Below, piece after piece: positions 52,301-64,000 of a stretch of DNA of 64,000 bases (its first letter is position 1; each line of letters begins with the position of its first letter). Where the stretch lies: the NCBI GenBank assembly GCA_051362555.1, contig CM120641.1, positions 32,308,401 to 32,372,400 on the forward strand, written 5' to 3'. The notes beneath the pieces were generated by a model. The model ran no database searches. It saw nothing but the letters and a program-made list of their open reading frames with translations, and was not told the DNA's origin. The translations under genes and the position numbers were made by a program. The stretch is from Lingula anatina (Eukaryota; Animalia; Brachiopoda).

Positions 52301-55300
52301 ACTCTATCAGCTGGCCAGATTACTACATAGACAGGGTCCAGGCGATGGCCACAGCAACAGTAAGTAGACTCTGAGATAGGGTTTTCATTGTTGCTTGTAT
52401 GATGATGGTAAAAATTAAAGTATGTAAACTTTCAAAGCTCACAGAGATGAATCAGTCTTGTGATTGAGATTTGATGAAGTGCCATACTGTCAAGCCTTGT
52501 GGGAAAAAAAATGACAACCAAGACAATATATGATTTTCTACTGATCTTTCTCTAAAAATGGCTTTGTTATATTTATATCATTGCATGGCAAACAATGAAG
52601 ATGACACATTGGTTTGCTATTCACAGGTGTTCTTTGGTGACAGGACAGAGGAGATGTCACACCGCCTGACAGTTGTGGACAGTTTAAAGACTGCACTGAG
52701 AACACAACCAATGAGGTGAGTATGGCAGGGCTCATTGTGGTAGCTGTGCTGCACTGGTGCAATTTCTAAATTGCGTTGGGATGTGATGCTTCTTGCACTC
52801 TCATTCTTCAGTGTTTCATTTCTGTTTGTTGGTTTTGTTCATGGCCCAATAAGCTGATTCAGTTTTAAGGGTTTCTGATTGTTGGAATGTGGGTTTGCTG
52901 TTGTAGGTTTGCAGAGTAATTGTTATACAATGACTGCAGAGGGGTTTCATTACACAAAAGAAAAAAGGAGTATGTGAAGTTATGCAAGACACTTTAAGTA
53001 ACTTTGTTAACATAGATCTTGTCCAGGAAAAAGCATGGTACAAATCCTTGCTCATTTTTTCAAAGGCATTTATTTTAATGCTTAAATATAAAACCGTAAG
53101 TAAAGTTATGGGAAGTCAGTATGCACAGTTATTACCTTCCCTCCCTCTATGCTCAGTTGCCATGGCAATCAGCTCTCTCCACATGTTCTGACCTTTCTGA
53201 GTGACCTACCCAGCATTCCTAGACAGTCCTGCTTAGTATACTGGCTGATTTCTCTGTTCAAACTGTGGGCACTGGATGGCCTTGTTTATACATGTCTTTA
53301 TGCCTGTTATACTGTGAAGAATAGAAATCATGCAGCTAAGGTAATTGATTATTTTGGATTAGAAAATATGCCAGAATTATGCATCTTAAATTGATTGATT
53401 CTTTTGCATTTAGGGTATTTTGTTGTTTTGTTCTTGCTTTGAGTTGATTTTGATATGTCAGGTTTGAGTGCGATGTTAACTGATGTTTTAATTCATTTGA
53501 CTTAATTGCTTTATATATACGTTCTATTGTTTAAAGCGGATTTTATTAATCATTGCTTTATTAAGAAGCAAAATTTATTCAGAGTGCAGTTTTACCAGAA
53601 AAAGTTAGCACAGACCATATGTCACAAAATGGTAATTAATGAGAAGGTACCTTGGTGAAAGTTTGATGATCCAGACAGGAAAAATGCCATATTTTGTCAA
53701 AAGAATGCACTTAAACCATGATCTATTACAGTAAGGACAACCACTTTAAAATAGTAAATTTTACTCAAGTGGCTCTATCAAGGATCACTTAAAATCACCA
53801 CTTTGGCTATTTATTATTTATATGTTATTTAAAAGATACTGAATGGTTGGGGATCTTTGAATTGTTTTTTTAAATTTAATTAATGCTATATAATGCAAGA
53901 AGAGTAAAAAGCAGAAATATTTTTATAATGAAAGCATTATTTTGATTGAGTATAGCATTTAAAAAAGAACAGAAAGCTGAGACTGAAATAACTCTGGTAA
54001 TTGTTGATGGGGTGTGTCAGTGAAAAATAAAAGGTCCAGACAGGAAAAAATGTAATATGTCTTCAGAAGAATGCACTTGACGTGTGATCTATTACAAATT
54101 CCAAATTGGTCACAGGATGGCCAAACCAGTTGTTGCATTACTGTGCCTAAAAATATTTATTGCGCACAAATTCTTATTATCAGAGCCCTGTTTTGACCAA
54201 ACCTCTTAGAACGAAAGCATTGCATCTGAAGCTACAAGGATGGATTGGTCTTGGTTTGGAGATTTCTATAATATGTATCAACTTTCTGCAATAGATGTAC
54301 ATATGGTGTGGTCTGCAGTTTAATTTTTCTCTGTTTAAATGCATGTTACAGTGGGGTTCCTGTAGGTTTGCATGTTACAATTATTTTACTTAGAAGTACT
54401 GCCCTTTTGTGCAACTTGAAATAGTATTTTTATTCAAATGAATCATTAATTAATATTATATTTAATATTACATAAAATTGATTTTTGTACATCACAGTAT
54501 GGATTGCTGTAAACTTGTGTCAACTATGAGAGGTAATGATAATAGAGGGGAGTTTTCAATAATCTGTTCAATTGGGGATGAGTCTATAGTATAGTAGAGA
54601 AAATATAAAGAACCGAGAAAAGAAGGAGAGATGAAATCACAGCCAACTAGATTGTTCCAGCGTGACCTTTGTTGAGTGGCTGGAAGTATGATACAAGTGA
54701 TATGAAGCTATTATGTTATGATATCTCTACTAGTATGGTCACTGAGAGGTTAACACTGGTCTTAACCTGCCCTATGGTCATTACAAGAAACTGATCAGTC
54801 ATGAAAGGGCTGGGTAGTCAAAACTTCTGGTAGCAGTAAGCCGGTGTTGATTTAGATTTCAGTAAACAATAATTGGAGAGAGTAGTCCAGACTTTTGACA
54901 GTGTTACTGTATCAGTGTTGAATAAGTTTTAACTGAAATGATTGGAAATACTTCGCAACCGCTTGTACATACCTCAACCACCTGTTGTTGGAGATTACAT
55001 ATGCTGATTGAGGGTGTAACTGGAAATTACTGTGAACTTGCTCAACTTTGTGAGATTATTATGATTAAAAGATGGTACATTAAAAGTGATAATCATATGG
55101 TGGAGTTATTCTTGACTTTCAAGACTGAATAATGAGAGTTGTATAACTTATATTCCTATGAATGTGGCACCTAGTATACTAGGAAATGGGATGAAATTAT
55201 AGATCCCAGGAAGTTGAGGACACTGGTCTCTGTTAAGTAGAGGTCATTAGGTCCTGATGTAAATAACTTCAAATAGTTCTCAGTATTTTCAGATAGATTT

Positions 55301-58300
55301 GTCCCACAAAGTCATACCAAATAGAAAAAAAATTCTGACATGAAGACAACTCACTTTTTTTTTTTTTTTTTTTTTTTGTTATTCATTCATTGCACTTGAA
55401 TTTGTGAACCCAAGGAGAATTCCATGCCAGGATGCTCGCTGAAGCATGAAATAGGCAAAATTTCATGGGGTCTTTTTTGTGAGTTAATGAAATTTCCTGT
55501 ATTTTTTTATTAAGTTGTAATTTATTTATGTTAAACTGTTTGGCTGATTGTAGGCATTTAATTATTTATACAATAAAAGGAAATGCTGTAATTGCCACAA
55601 TAGCTAAAAATTCTGTAAAATGACCCCAATGTAACAAATTAAGAAGTTAAATTCTAACCTGGTGGTGCCATATGGATTGATCAGCTGATAATTTCACAGT
55701 GGGACTCTTGTAGTTTGTTGATTCAACCACCTCAATTTTCTTTGTACAGTCATTCAGTAATTCAAACCCTCATGGGTATTATAGTTTACATGCAGTTCTA
55801 GTGTTGAGCAAAACAAAAAATAGGAATCAGTGAATAAGCATATGAGATATTCTTCATTATAGACTTAATTGCTATTATATGTACCTGACAAAATTATATA
55901 TGTATAAACTGAATTTTTTTTTAGAAAAACTCCTGTAGTGCTCAAACTACATATTGATTCTCTGTTTGTTAGTACTTTATTAAGGGCTAAAGAGTGTACT
56001 TTTTAACAGAAGTTTTTTCTTTCTATTGTTGATCATTTCATCTGTATGGTGTGATACCTGATTATGACAGTTAGAATTTCCTATCTTATTTTTTAAAATA
56101 CATTTAAAGATTTGAAATCTGTTTAGCAACAATAACAGATACCAGTATGTTTCACTTTCATTATAGTCAGTGGTCTGTGTCCTTACTAAGAAAATAGCCT
56201 TCTTAGAAAGGTTTTTATAATTTCCTAAGTTTAAGCCCTTACTTTTTGTAGAAAAATTTTTTGTTTGTCACATTGCATGCCTGCACAATTAATTTGCAGA
56301 TAATTTTTTATGTATTGAATAATGAAGGTTTAGTTTGAGCAAGTTTATATATTTGGTTGTTTAATATTTGTTACATTTTTCATTTCAATTCTTCACATTA
56401 TGTTGAAATAACTTTTAGTCCTTTAATGATGCCATAGTATTTACATTTTAATTTTGCATAAGTGATACTTTCATAAAATTGAAGAAAATATGTGTTTATT
56501 AATTACTTACCCTCATTTGCTCATTCATTTTTTTTTCCATTTATTCTTTCATCTTTTGTATCAGCTATTAATTTCATGATAACTATAATTACTGTTGCTT
56601 TATTTCCAGGTTTGTGACACGTTTCATAGAACTGGATGGTCTTCAGTGTCTCCTCCGCTTTCTGGAAAACCTGGACTTTGAGACGTGTCAGGGCGCCATT
56701 CACACCTCCGTCATAGGATGCATCAAGGCTCTGATGAACAACTCTGTAAGTAAAATGTATGGTAAATCCTCTGTCTTTTCAATGGGGGGGGTTTACGGAT
56801 GCTGTATTTTTTAATCATAATTTCTTAAAATTAGAATATTACTATTTAGTGGTGGCAACAAAATTAAAAAGAAGGCTACACTATAGTTCTATTTTATGCA
56901 GCAAAAGCACTATAAAATTCTGTATCTAATAGTTCGATAATTTTTGCCCATTGAAGAGATCAAGTAATTACTGTCACAGTAATCATCCACAAATTGAGTG
57001 GGAAGGGGGGGGGCAATCTTAAATAATATAATGAAATTGTTCAGATAGGTATGTTGTGACCTATTTTAAAATATGACCAAGTTTACCATTTAACCCTTGA
57101 CTTAATTATGCTTTGTTCATGAAGTGCACCCTAGACGTATTCGATTTAGTGAAAAGGACTAACCCCATTATAGTAGCTAAATGATTGCCTGGATGCAGTC
57201 ATCAGTAAGGGCATGGTTGATAGTGTCACTTACTACTTTCTAAACAAAGTCAAACTCAGAGGCACTGTTCCTCTTCCAAACTACTTACAGTGGCATTAAT
57301 TGGCAAATAAATCTGAAAAAAAAATACCAATTAAATTTCCAAATGGGTCTGATACACAAGAAGGTGGACAGACAGTGGAAAATAATTGATATTTTGAAGG
57401 TTTTTGACAAGAACAATACACCAGCCCCATGATTGAAGAGAAGTTTGTTAATGACTTTGTAATGGGTGTGTTCCAAAGCAAGGGAGCTATGTGAATTGGA
57501 AAGGGATGATGTTGATATGTAAATGCCAGTAGGAATTATTTCTGCTGTAAATGTTTTATTTGTTTGATTCTTAATTGGGAGGAGCTCTTCCAATGAAATG
57601 TTTAGACTCACACTTCAAGAAATTCAGGAAAAGGGGCTTATTTTCAAAATTGAAGGGGCATTATGGAAAAACTCTGTATAAAACTATATATAAATCAAAC
57701 TTTGCATGGATTTTGAAATTGAACACTTAAAGTTAAGTGCAAACCTTAGCGCTAACTCCTTCAAGATCTTGAGGAAAAGCATCACATTATTTAATTGTAT
57801 TTGAGAAGCTGCAGGATGATTTTCCAAGAAAAAAGGCTTTGTAGCTTATGTAGGTCCTAAATGTTAAAAAAATAAGCTTATATAGAAGTATCAAAATTCA
57901 AAATGAGAAATTAGACAAATATGAAAGCCTATATTCCTGACTTTGAATTGTCAGTGTGAACAAAGCCTTACTTTATACTATTTGGAAAGCCTTACTTTAT
58001 ACTAAAACTTTGCAAACAATGTTGTATGTTATATGTATTGTAAACAACCATGCAAATTCCATGTTTGATGCTTAGTATCAGACTATTAATTTTACTTCAC
58101 AATGCAGGGTGTGTGCGCTTGGCATGTAGGGAAAAAACGGCGCTGAAAAAAGTAGATTATCAATGATTTTCTTGAAAGTGTCAATTTCTCAAAGGGCGAG
58201 TCGATATTTTTGTGAAAATGATTTCAGCAAATCTCAAGAAAGATCTTTTTTGAATAGAACATGCAAAGGAACACATTTTGAGTCTTATAGAAAATGCATA

Positions 58301-58896
58301 ATTATGATGCTGTCATCAGCTTAATTGACCAAATGCAATGCATTTTTACAAGAAAGTGACTTTTTAAAACCCCTTTTCTCTCAGCAAGAAAGCTTCGTTT
58401 AGTCTAAAATGAAAAGAAAAGATTTCAAGAGACTGCTACCGCTTTCAGTGTGTGTGAATGTATATGTGTGTGCGTGCATGCATCAGTGACAGGGTCCATG
58501 TCTTGTCCAACTTTTGTATAAATAACAGTGGGGGACAAATTTCGGTACAGTTGTATAGATTTTCTTGTAGCCCTGCTATTAGTTGTAATATCAGTAATTT
58601 ATTATTATTATTACTACTGATTTAATTACTATTATAAATTATATTTTGTACAAGTAAAAGCACTGTGTTTAAGTGGCAAGGTTCACTAACTGTTGTATAT
58701 TGTGTAACGAATTGAAAACTACTATATGTGTTACACCACACAAGGGTGGGGCCCCACAGCTGTGAGTTGCATTCCACATAATATTACATCCACTTCTGGT
58801 GTTAAGTGGTTGGTGAGGGTGGGATCAGGACCAGCAGCTGTTCATGACTTGTTTTAGTGTAATAACACATTGTGATACCAACTTAATCTTCTGTGT

Positions 58897-58927
<31 letters not shown>

Positions 58928-61900
58928 GGGGGGGGAATGCAAGAAAGCAATGAATTTTCTTGTCCTATTTAATTTTTCATGCTGTATGTGACATGTAATA
59001 AGATGGCAATAAGATGACATTTTTCTTAATCAAATAACTATTTTTTATTGATCTTGTTCTTTTGTATTTTTATGTAGAGACACCCTATTATAAATTTACT
59101 AAGGAATTTCATTTGAGAAAAGACAAGCTGAGTTGGATAATCAATTTGAACACTTTTTTTTCGTATTTTGACTATGTTTACGGCAATGTGCCAAACTGTA
59201 TTTTGTTTTGCTCATAGGCTGTGTTTTGTAAAAAAGCATGTTGAATTTGAAAGTCAGCATGATTGATTAAACTTAATTTCTATTTAGTGTGTGTATATTT
59301 GCCAGCTTTGCTGTCCAGTTCAACTTGAGTAACAATTATGATAAATCCTGAAAACACTGTTATCTCTATGGTTGATTTAAGATGATTTTTTCTGTCTTGT
59401 CCAAGGGTTTTGCATAGTTAGAGGCCTTCATGCAATTTAAGACATCCTTCTAAATGAGTGTTCCTGTTCCTCAAAAACTGCTTAGAATGGTTTGTTTGTG
59501 TTACAACACAAGTATATTTGGCTTAAAGTAATTAAATTTGTGAAAATATTTTTTAAAAAGCCTTTCTTCTTGTCCTGAGCAAAGCAGACGTCTTGGGTTC
59601 TCCATCTTAAAAAATATTCACCAAGAGAAGCATTCTTTTCTTTGGGTGGGACAAGGAAATTGCTGGAACATTCATTGAAAAAATATTCTCTTTGTTCTGA
59701 AAGAGCAAGATTTGTTTTTTGATGTGTTTGCTTGAAGTTCCAATTAGTTTTCTTTTATGCATTGATAATTTAAAGAAAAAATCAGATCAAATGGATTGCA
59801 GGCCAATTTCAGCAGCGCATTGAGCTTTTTTTAAATATAGATAAAATTCCATTTTTCTCTAACACATGTGTTTATAGATTTGATTTCAAGTACATGAGAC
59901 TGCAGATGGACAGCTTTTCCCAGCTAGGGCCCATATATGATCAGAGTTTCCAAACTATATGTGAGAGTGGTATAGGCATTAGAACCGTACAGACCAATTT
60001 AAATCATACTTTTTTTGTTATAAACTTCTAGATTTTATTTGACTTGCTGTTCACTTTGGTCTAAACATACATTTTCCTTGTCTTTGGGCTCTGTAAGACT
60101 GGCATGCATGGCCCTGTAGAACATTTAGGAAATAAAGTTGAACCTCTTATCGTCTAATTGAGTTTTTCTTTTCTATGTGCTTTTTGCACATGCTACTAAA
60201 TTGATGTAAACATCTGGCAAACGACCTTCTGATTGAGACTGAGTGGAATTTAAAATGCTCCCAGGTTTTTTTAAATTTGAGATTTCCACTTGTTTTTATA
60301 GTGCTGGAAATTTATGAAATACTGAAGTGGGCTTGGCTGGAAAAGCAGATGGTTTCTGCAATTTTAGGTCCATCAAAAAGAAAGAAATATCAATTGCAGT
60401 GGAGAATTAAAAAGATTAAATTTTTTCTCAGGCAATTGGATTTTTTGGTATGAAAAAGACTTACAAATTTTAAAGTTCAAATGAAGAAGGCAAAAAGTTC
60501 TTTTAAGATTTTCCCCATGTGTGTGTGCTCAGCAACCATGGAGACTCGGATGATGTTCCAACAACAATTTGCTCATAGAAGGAACTTTTTCCAGAAAAAA
60601 ACTGTACTTTAATTGAAGAGGAATGTTCAGGTTTCAACCCCCAGGATTGGTGCTGATGAACCATTTTGGCAGAGGAGGTCCATAATCTGATGTGATTGGT
60701 TCATGGTGCTGCAAAATTTACATGAATAACACCTCGTAAAAGAGATGGTGTTGATGGCTGATTTAGGTCTTTGGGCCAAAAATTCACTGAAAAAAAAAGC
60801 ATTTTAAAACTAGTTGTTTGATACAGTGGGTAATTACATAAACTTAAATACATTTTTTAAATATAAAACACGCTGCTGGAAGACGATAACTTTTCTTAAA
60901 TGTTCAAATGAATAAATATAAACAACTGATGGATGGTACATGAGTAAAAGTTCATTACCTTAATGTGGGTCTACCTGGATTGACCCAACTCTGCAGAGAT
61001 TCTGGCTAAGTGCAATCAGCTTAACAGAGTAACACGCCTCCTCCTGGCTTAAAAAGAGCATCAAAAAACCTGGTGATTATGCGAGTATGTTGGAAGTAGA
61101 CCGATGGTGACATTTTTGGAATGGGATCTGAGTTTTAGGCTTCATTCACATGCAATGTCTATTTTCTAAATTCTATTTTCTATTCGCGGTATGTCTTATG
61201 ATCATGGTCTGTGCCCTGAATATCCCGCGGCGTAATTACTGGCAGCGCGAGCCAGTTACTATAAGTTACTTAAGCCCAGAACAAGACATGTTAAATGCTA
61301 ATTGGAACTGTGTGTAAAGCCCTGTCAGTGAAATGTGATGCACATGAAGTTTGCCGCTGTTGTGCTTTCTTACAAAAGTCATAAAAAATGTCTTGGCATG
61401 AAGCTGCAAATAAATCTATAGTCCTTCACAACGTAGAACAATGGCTGCCATGTCTGAAACTTAGGCCCCATTCAGAATAGGGGACTAACTAGTCCGAGGG
61501 TCAAATATTGGGACCCACTACAAAGCTTGCCGTCTAATCCGCTGGTAGACACTGAATAGATATCCCGTGATGAAGTATTCAAGTTGGTCAGCCATATTTG
61601 ACACTCGGGCTAGTTGGTCCCCTATTCTAAATGGGGCCTTAGTTACAATACAAGTTTTGCTGTTAGTTAAAAATTGGTGTATTTATATATAAAGTTATCT
61701 TGATGAAATTTGTATTTCTTTGGATTTTTGTTCAGTGATATAGATAATATTAGATAATTTGAAATGATTTTCTCTTTAACCCATTTCAGCAAGGTAGAGC
61801 TCATGTCCTGGCCCATCCCAACAGTATTAACATAATAGCCCAGAGCCTGAGCACGGACAACATCAAGACAAAGATAGCTGTGCTGGAGATCCTTGGTGCT

Positions 61901-62846
61901 GTCTGCTTGGTGCCAGGCGGACACAAGAAAGTTCTGGACGCCATGCTGTATTACCAAAAGTATGCGTGTGAACGAACCAGGTTCCAGGTGGGTCAATTTG
62001 TTCAGGATGGAGTCGTTTGATAACTGTGTCATTTTTTGTGTAAAATGAGGATTGCTTTATCAAGATTCAGTTTAATTGTTTTACTTAAAACTTCACAGGT
62101 CTGTTGCACTTAGTTCAATAGACTTAAAAATGCTCTTGGCAGTACAATTTCCATTGCATTGATAAGCAATTGCTTTAAAATTGCTGCTTACTGTGAAAAA
62201 AGTTTTCACATCAGAGAAAGGTTAGGCCAGTTGACATCGCAGTCATATTCTCTCTACATTCCTGTCTGTCTTTGACCCCATACTCTCCCCTTCCTGTCAA
62301 AACCTATCTTGTTACATTTTGGGTTGTTGTTCCTTGTGCTTTTCAAGTTTTTTTTAACAGTTATTTGGTCAAAAGAAATCCAGAAAAAGTTATCATGATT
62401 CACTGAAGTTGATTTAATGTGGATACTTCACATACACACAGCCTCTACTGAACTGCCCCTTCACTGTTAGCTGGAAGCTGACTTTGAAAATCTCATTTCC
62501 TTATCTGGAGGATTGAGGGATTATAGGTAAATTTTGAAGTCTTCATTGTGAAGATTTTCAAAAATGGGTAAAAAGGAAGCCACTCTCTGGAGCAAACGTA
62601 GACGTCCTTCTAGAACTTGCCTGTTTGAGTTTCTTAGGATTGAAGTATGTGTGCCCATATCTATTTTATAGAATACTACGAAACTTTTGATTGTTAAATT
62701 TTGTGTGTCAAAGCTTGTGTTGTGGTGTTTTGCAGACATTGATCAATGACTTGGACAGAAGTACTGGTGTGTACAGAGAGGAGGTTCACCTGAAGACCGC
62801 CATCATGTCTTTCATCAATGCAGCACTCAAATACGGCCCAGGACAG
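43343..62846 (+). CDS. DAAM: DAAM formin (pro-orthologue of DAAM1/2), N-terminal GBD/FH3 part. Exons 43343-43516, 47800-47889, 52285-52359, 52627-52715, 56610-56745, 61790-61987, 62736-62846; continues beyond the window
   Basis: The spliced translation [12 protein letters not shown]...PPEITF...LPMP...FAELV|[27 protein letters not shown]|...WPDYYIDRV...|[12 protein letters not shown]|[11 protein letters not shown]...[16 protein letters not shown]|QGRAHVLAH...[18 protein letters not shown]...ERTRFQ|[11 protein letters not shown] matches DAAM1/2 motifs and intron positions as I recall them. Confidence 0.95.
44164..44307. repeat. Recent 72-bp tandem duplication
   Basis: 44164-44235 and 44236-44307 differ at one position. 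Confidence 0.9.
46845..47136. mobile_element. PIF/Harbinger-type MITE, family A (long internal inverted arms)
   Basis: ATCTCCCTGGGGAGTCTCACTAAATTGCTATCAACTTAACCA versus TGGTTAAGTTGATAGCAATTTAGTGAGACTCTCCAGGGAGAT; TAA flanks; related to 18136-18350. The left end is approximate. Confidence 0.65.
47140..47430. mobile_element. PIF/Harbinger-type MITE, family B
   Basis: Perfect 13-bp TIR GGCTGTGTTCAGA / TCTGAACACAGCC; TAA TSD on both sides; related to 63346-63579. Confidence 0.8.
49103..49303. repeat. Degenerate ~53-bp minisatellite, ~4 units
   Basis: Units start at 49103, 49156, 49209 and 49264 and share TTWAG...TATCA...TGA(G/A)A. Confidence 0.7.
49513..49679 (+). mobile_element. MITE with CAGGCCCGTAGCCAG TIRs and a 5-bp TSD (copy 2)
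   Basis: CAGGCCCGTAGCCAG...CTGGGTATGGGCCTG; AAGTC on both sides. Confidence 0.8.
53670..54096. repeat. Dispersed ~60-bp direct repeat (53670-53730 and 54035-54096)
   Basis: TCCAGACAGGAAAAA...AAGAATGCACTT...TGATCTATTACA in both copies. Confidence 0.75.
61464..61638. mobile_element. PIF/Harbinger-type MITE, family C
   Basis: ~45-bp imperfect TIRs GGCCCCATTCAGAATAGGGGAC...TCAAATAT / ATATTTGAC...GTCCCCTATTCTAAATGGGGCC; TTA TSD. Confidence 0.85.
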
Positions 62847-63345
62847 GTGAGGACATTTTCTAACTGTCCTATGTTCTTTGTCGTATTGCAGTACTATCAT
62901 AGTCCTAGTAATCTTGCACAAATAAAAAATTTATTTCTCCAGTCAGTAATCTATCAGGAAACATTTAAAATATGGAAATATATTTTTAAATTTTTAATAT
63001 ATGGTATATCAATTGGATGTTGTATAATTTCCATAAACTTGAAGTCAAATCATATGACTGAGCAGAAATTTAATTGTTCTAAAAAGCATCCTTTGTGTTT
63101 TTAAATTTTTTTTTTTTTTTTTTTTTGTAGCATAAAGTGACCATGGCAACCTGCTGCCATGCTGACTTTATCTCCCAAGAAATAAGTCACACCTATGATT
63201 ATTTTTATGAGCACATTATCAAGTCTTCTTTCATTTCCTGAGAGAAGTTGTAAAATGAACAGTAGGTTAAGTCATGTTGGCATTTTGTGTAGTGTGATAT
63301 AGAGTAAACCCCGAGAGACAAAGTTTGAATTTTTTAAATATCTTA

Positions 63346-63579
63346 GGCTGTGTTCAGATTAAAAACTATCAGCCCAGCAGGATTGATCTGTCTCACCGGG
63401 GATTCTTGCTAAGGTGCAGTCAATGTAATCTGCTCATTTGTCTGGCACGCCCCCTTGCAAAGCAACACGAATAACATCTTGGACTACAAATTTTTTCCAA
63501 CTTTACCCTAGTATTTAGCAAGAATCCCCACAGAGATAGATCTATCCTGCTGGACCAATATTATTTAATCAGAACAGCC
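63346..63579. mobile_element. PIF/Harbinger-type MITE, family B (second copy)
   Basis: GGCTGTGTTCAGATTA...TAATCAGAACAGCC; TTA TSD; internal GGGGATTCTTGCTAAGGT shared with 47140-47430. Confidence 0.75.
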
Positions 63580-64000
63580 TTAAATAAGTATGGAATAGAC
63601 TTTTTTCAATTGAACAAGAGGTAAATGTGTTGATTAACTCGGGGCTCAGGGCCTAAAACATGGTGATAGCTATGTGACGAGTAACCTCTGGGGATGTAAG
63701 TTTTATAATTGATACCTCTTGCTGCCTTACATTGCCACTAGTGGCCATTAGTGAACCCCAGGGTGATTAACCATAAATGACAAAACTGGAGTGACTTCAT
63801 TTTCATTGCTTCAAATAACTCAGTTTCGGTTCTTTTTACTGTAAACAGATACCATGGAATGTCCCCTGTGTTGTTTTATTGTTTTGCTAGTCTTGTCTCT
63901 CCCTGGTAAAAATCTAATAAGGATATAACTGTTGTGGTTCCAATGGATGTTTACCAACAATATATGGTGGAAACCAAGAGAATGGTATTCCATTAGTGAG

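Noticed and set aside
58105-58575. CAGGG...CCCTG as hAT termini
   Set aside because: Only 5 matching bases and no target-site duplication.

Overview
AT-rich, intron-containing animal genomic DNA, probably an invertebrate (GT-AG introns, microsatellites, MITEs, CpG-depleted gene bodies with CpG-retaining promoters). I reconstructed five protein-coding genes by hand. (1) A 3-exon classical AQP4-like aquaporin (-, 222-1833) whose second NPA box reads NTA. (2) A 2-exon bacterial-type SIR2-family sirtuin (-, 3703-~5049) that lacks three of the four Zn-binding cysteines and has no in-frame ATG. (3) An RDH13-like SDR with 7 coding exons (+, 6102-9307), a GC-AG intron and an altered catalytic-Ser motif. 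(4) A complete 22-exon KIF6 (-, 10327-24084). (5) The 5' part of a DAAM formin (+, CDS from 43343, running off the window), head-to-head with KIF6 as in vertebrates. The introns hold several non-autonomous DNA transposons. One forms a ~116-nt hairpin whose mismatches are almost all G-A, including three tandem pairs. An inverted pair of 5-bp-TSD MITEs brackets the first two DAAM coding exons. No prokaryotic systems, CRISPR arrays, rRNA or tRNA were seen. Family assignments come from recalled motifs, not database searches.
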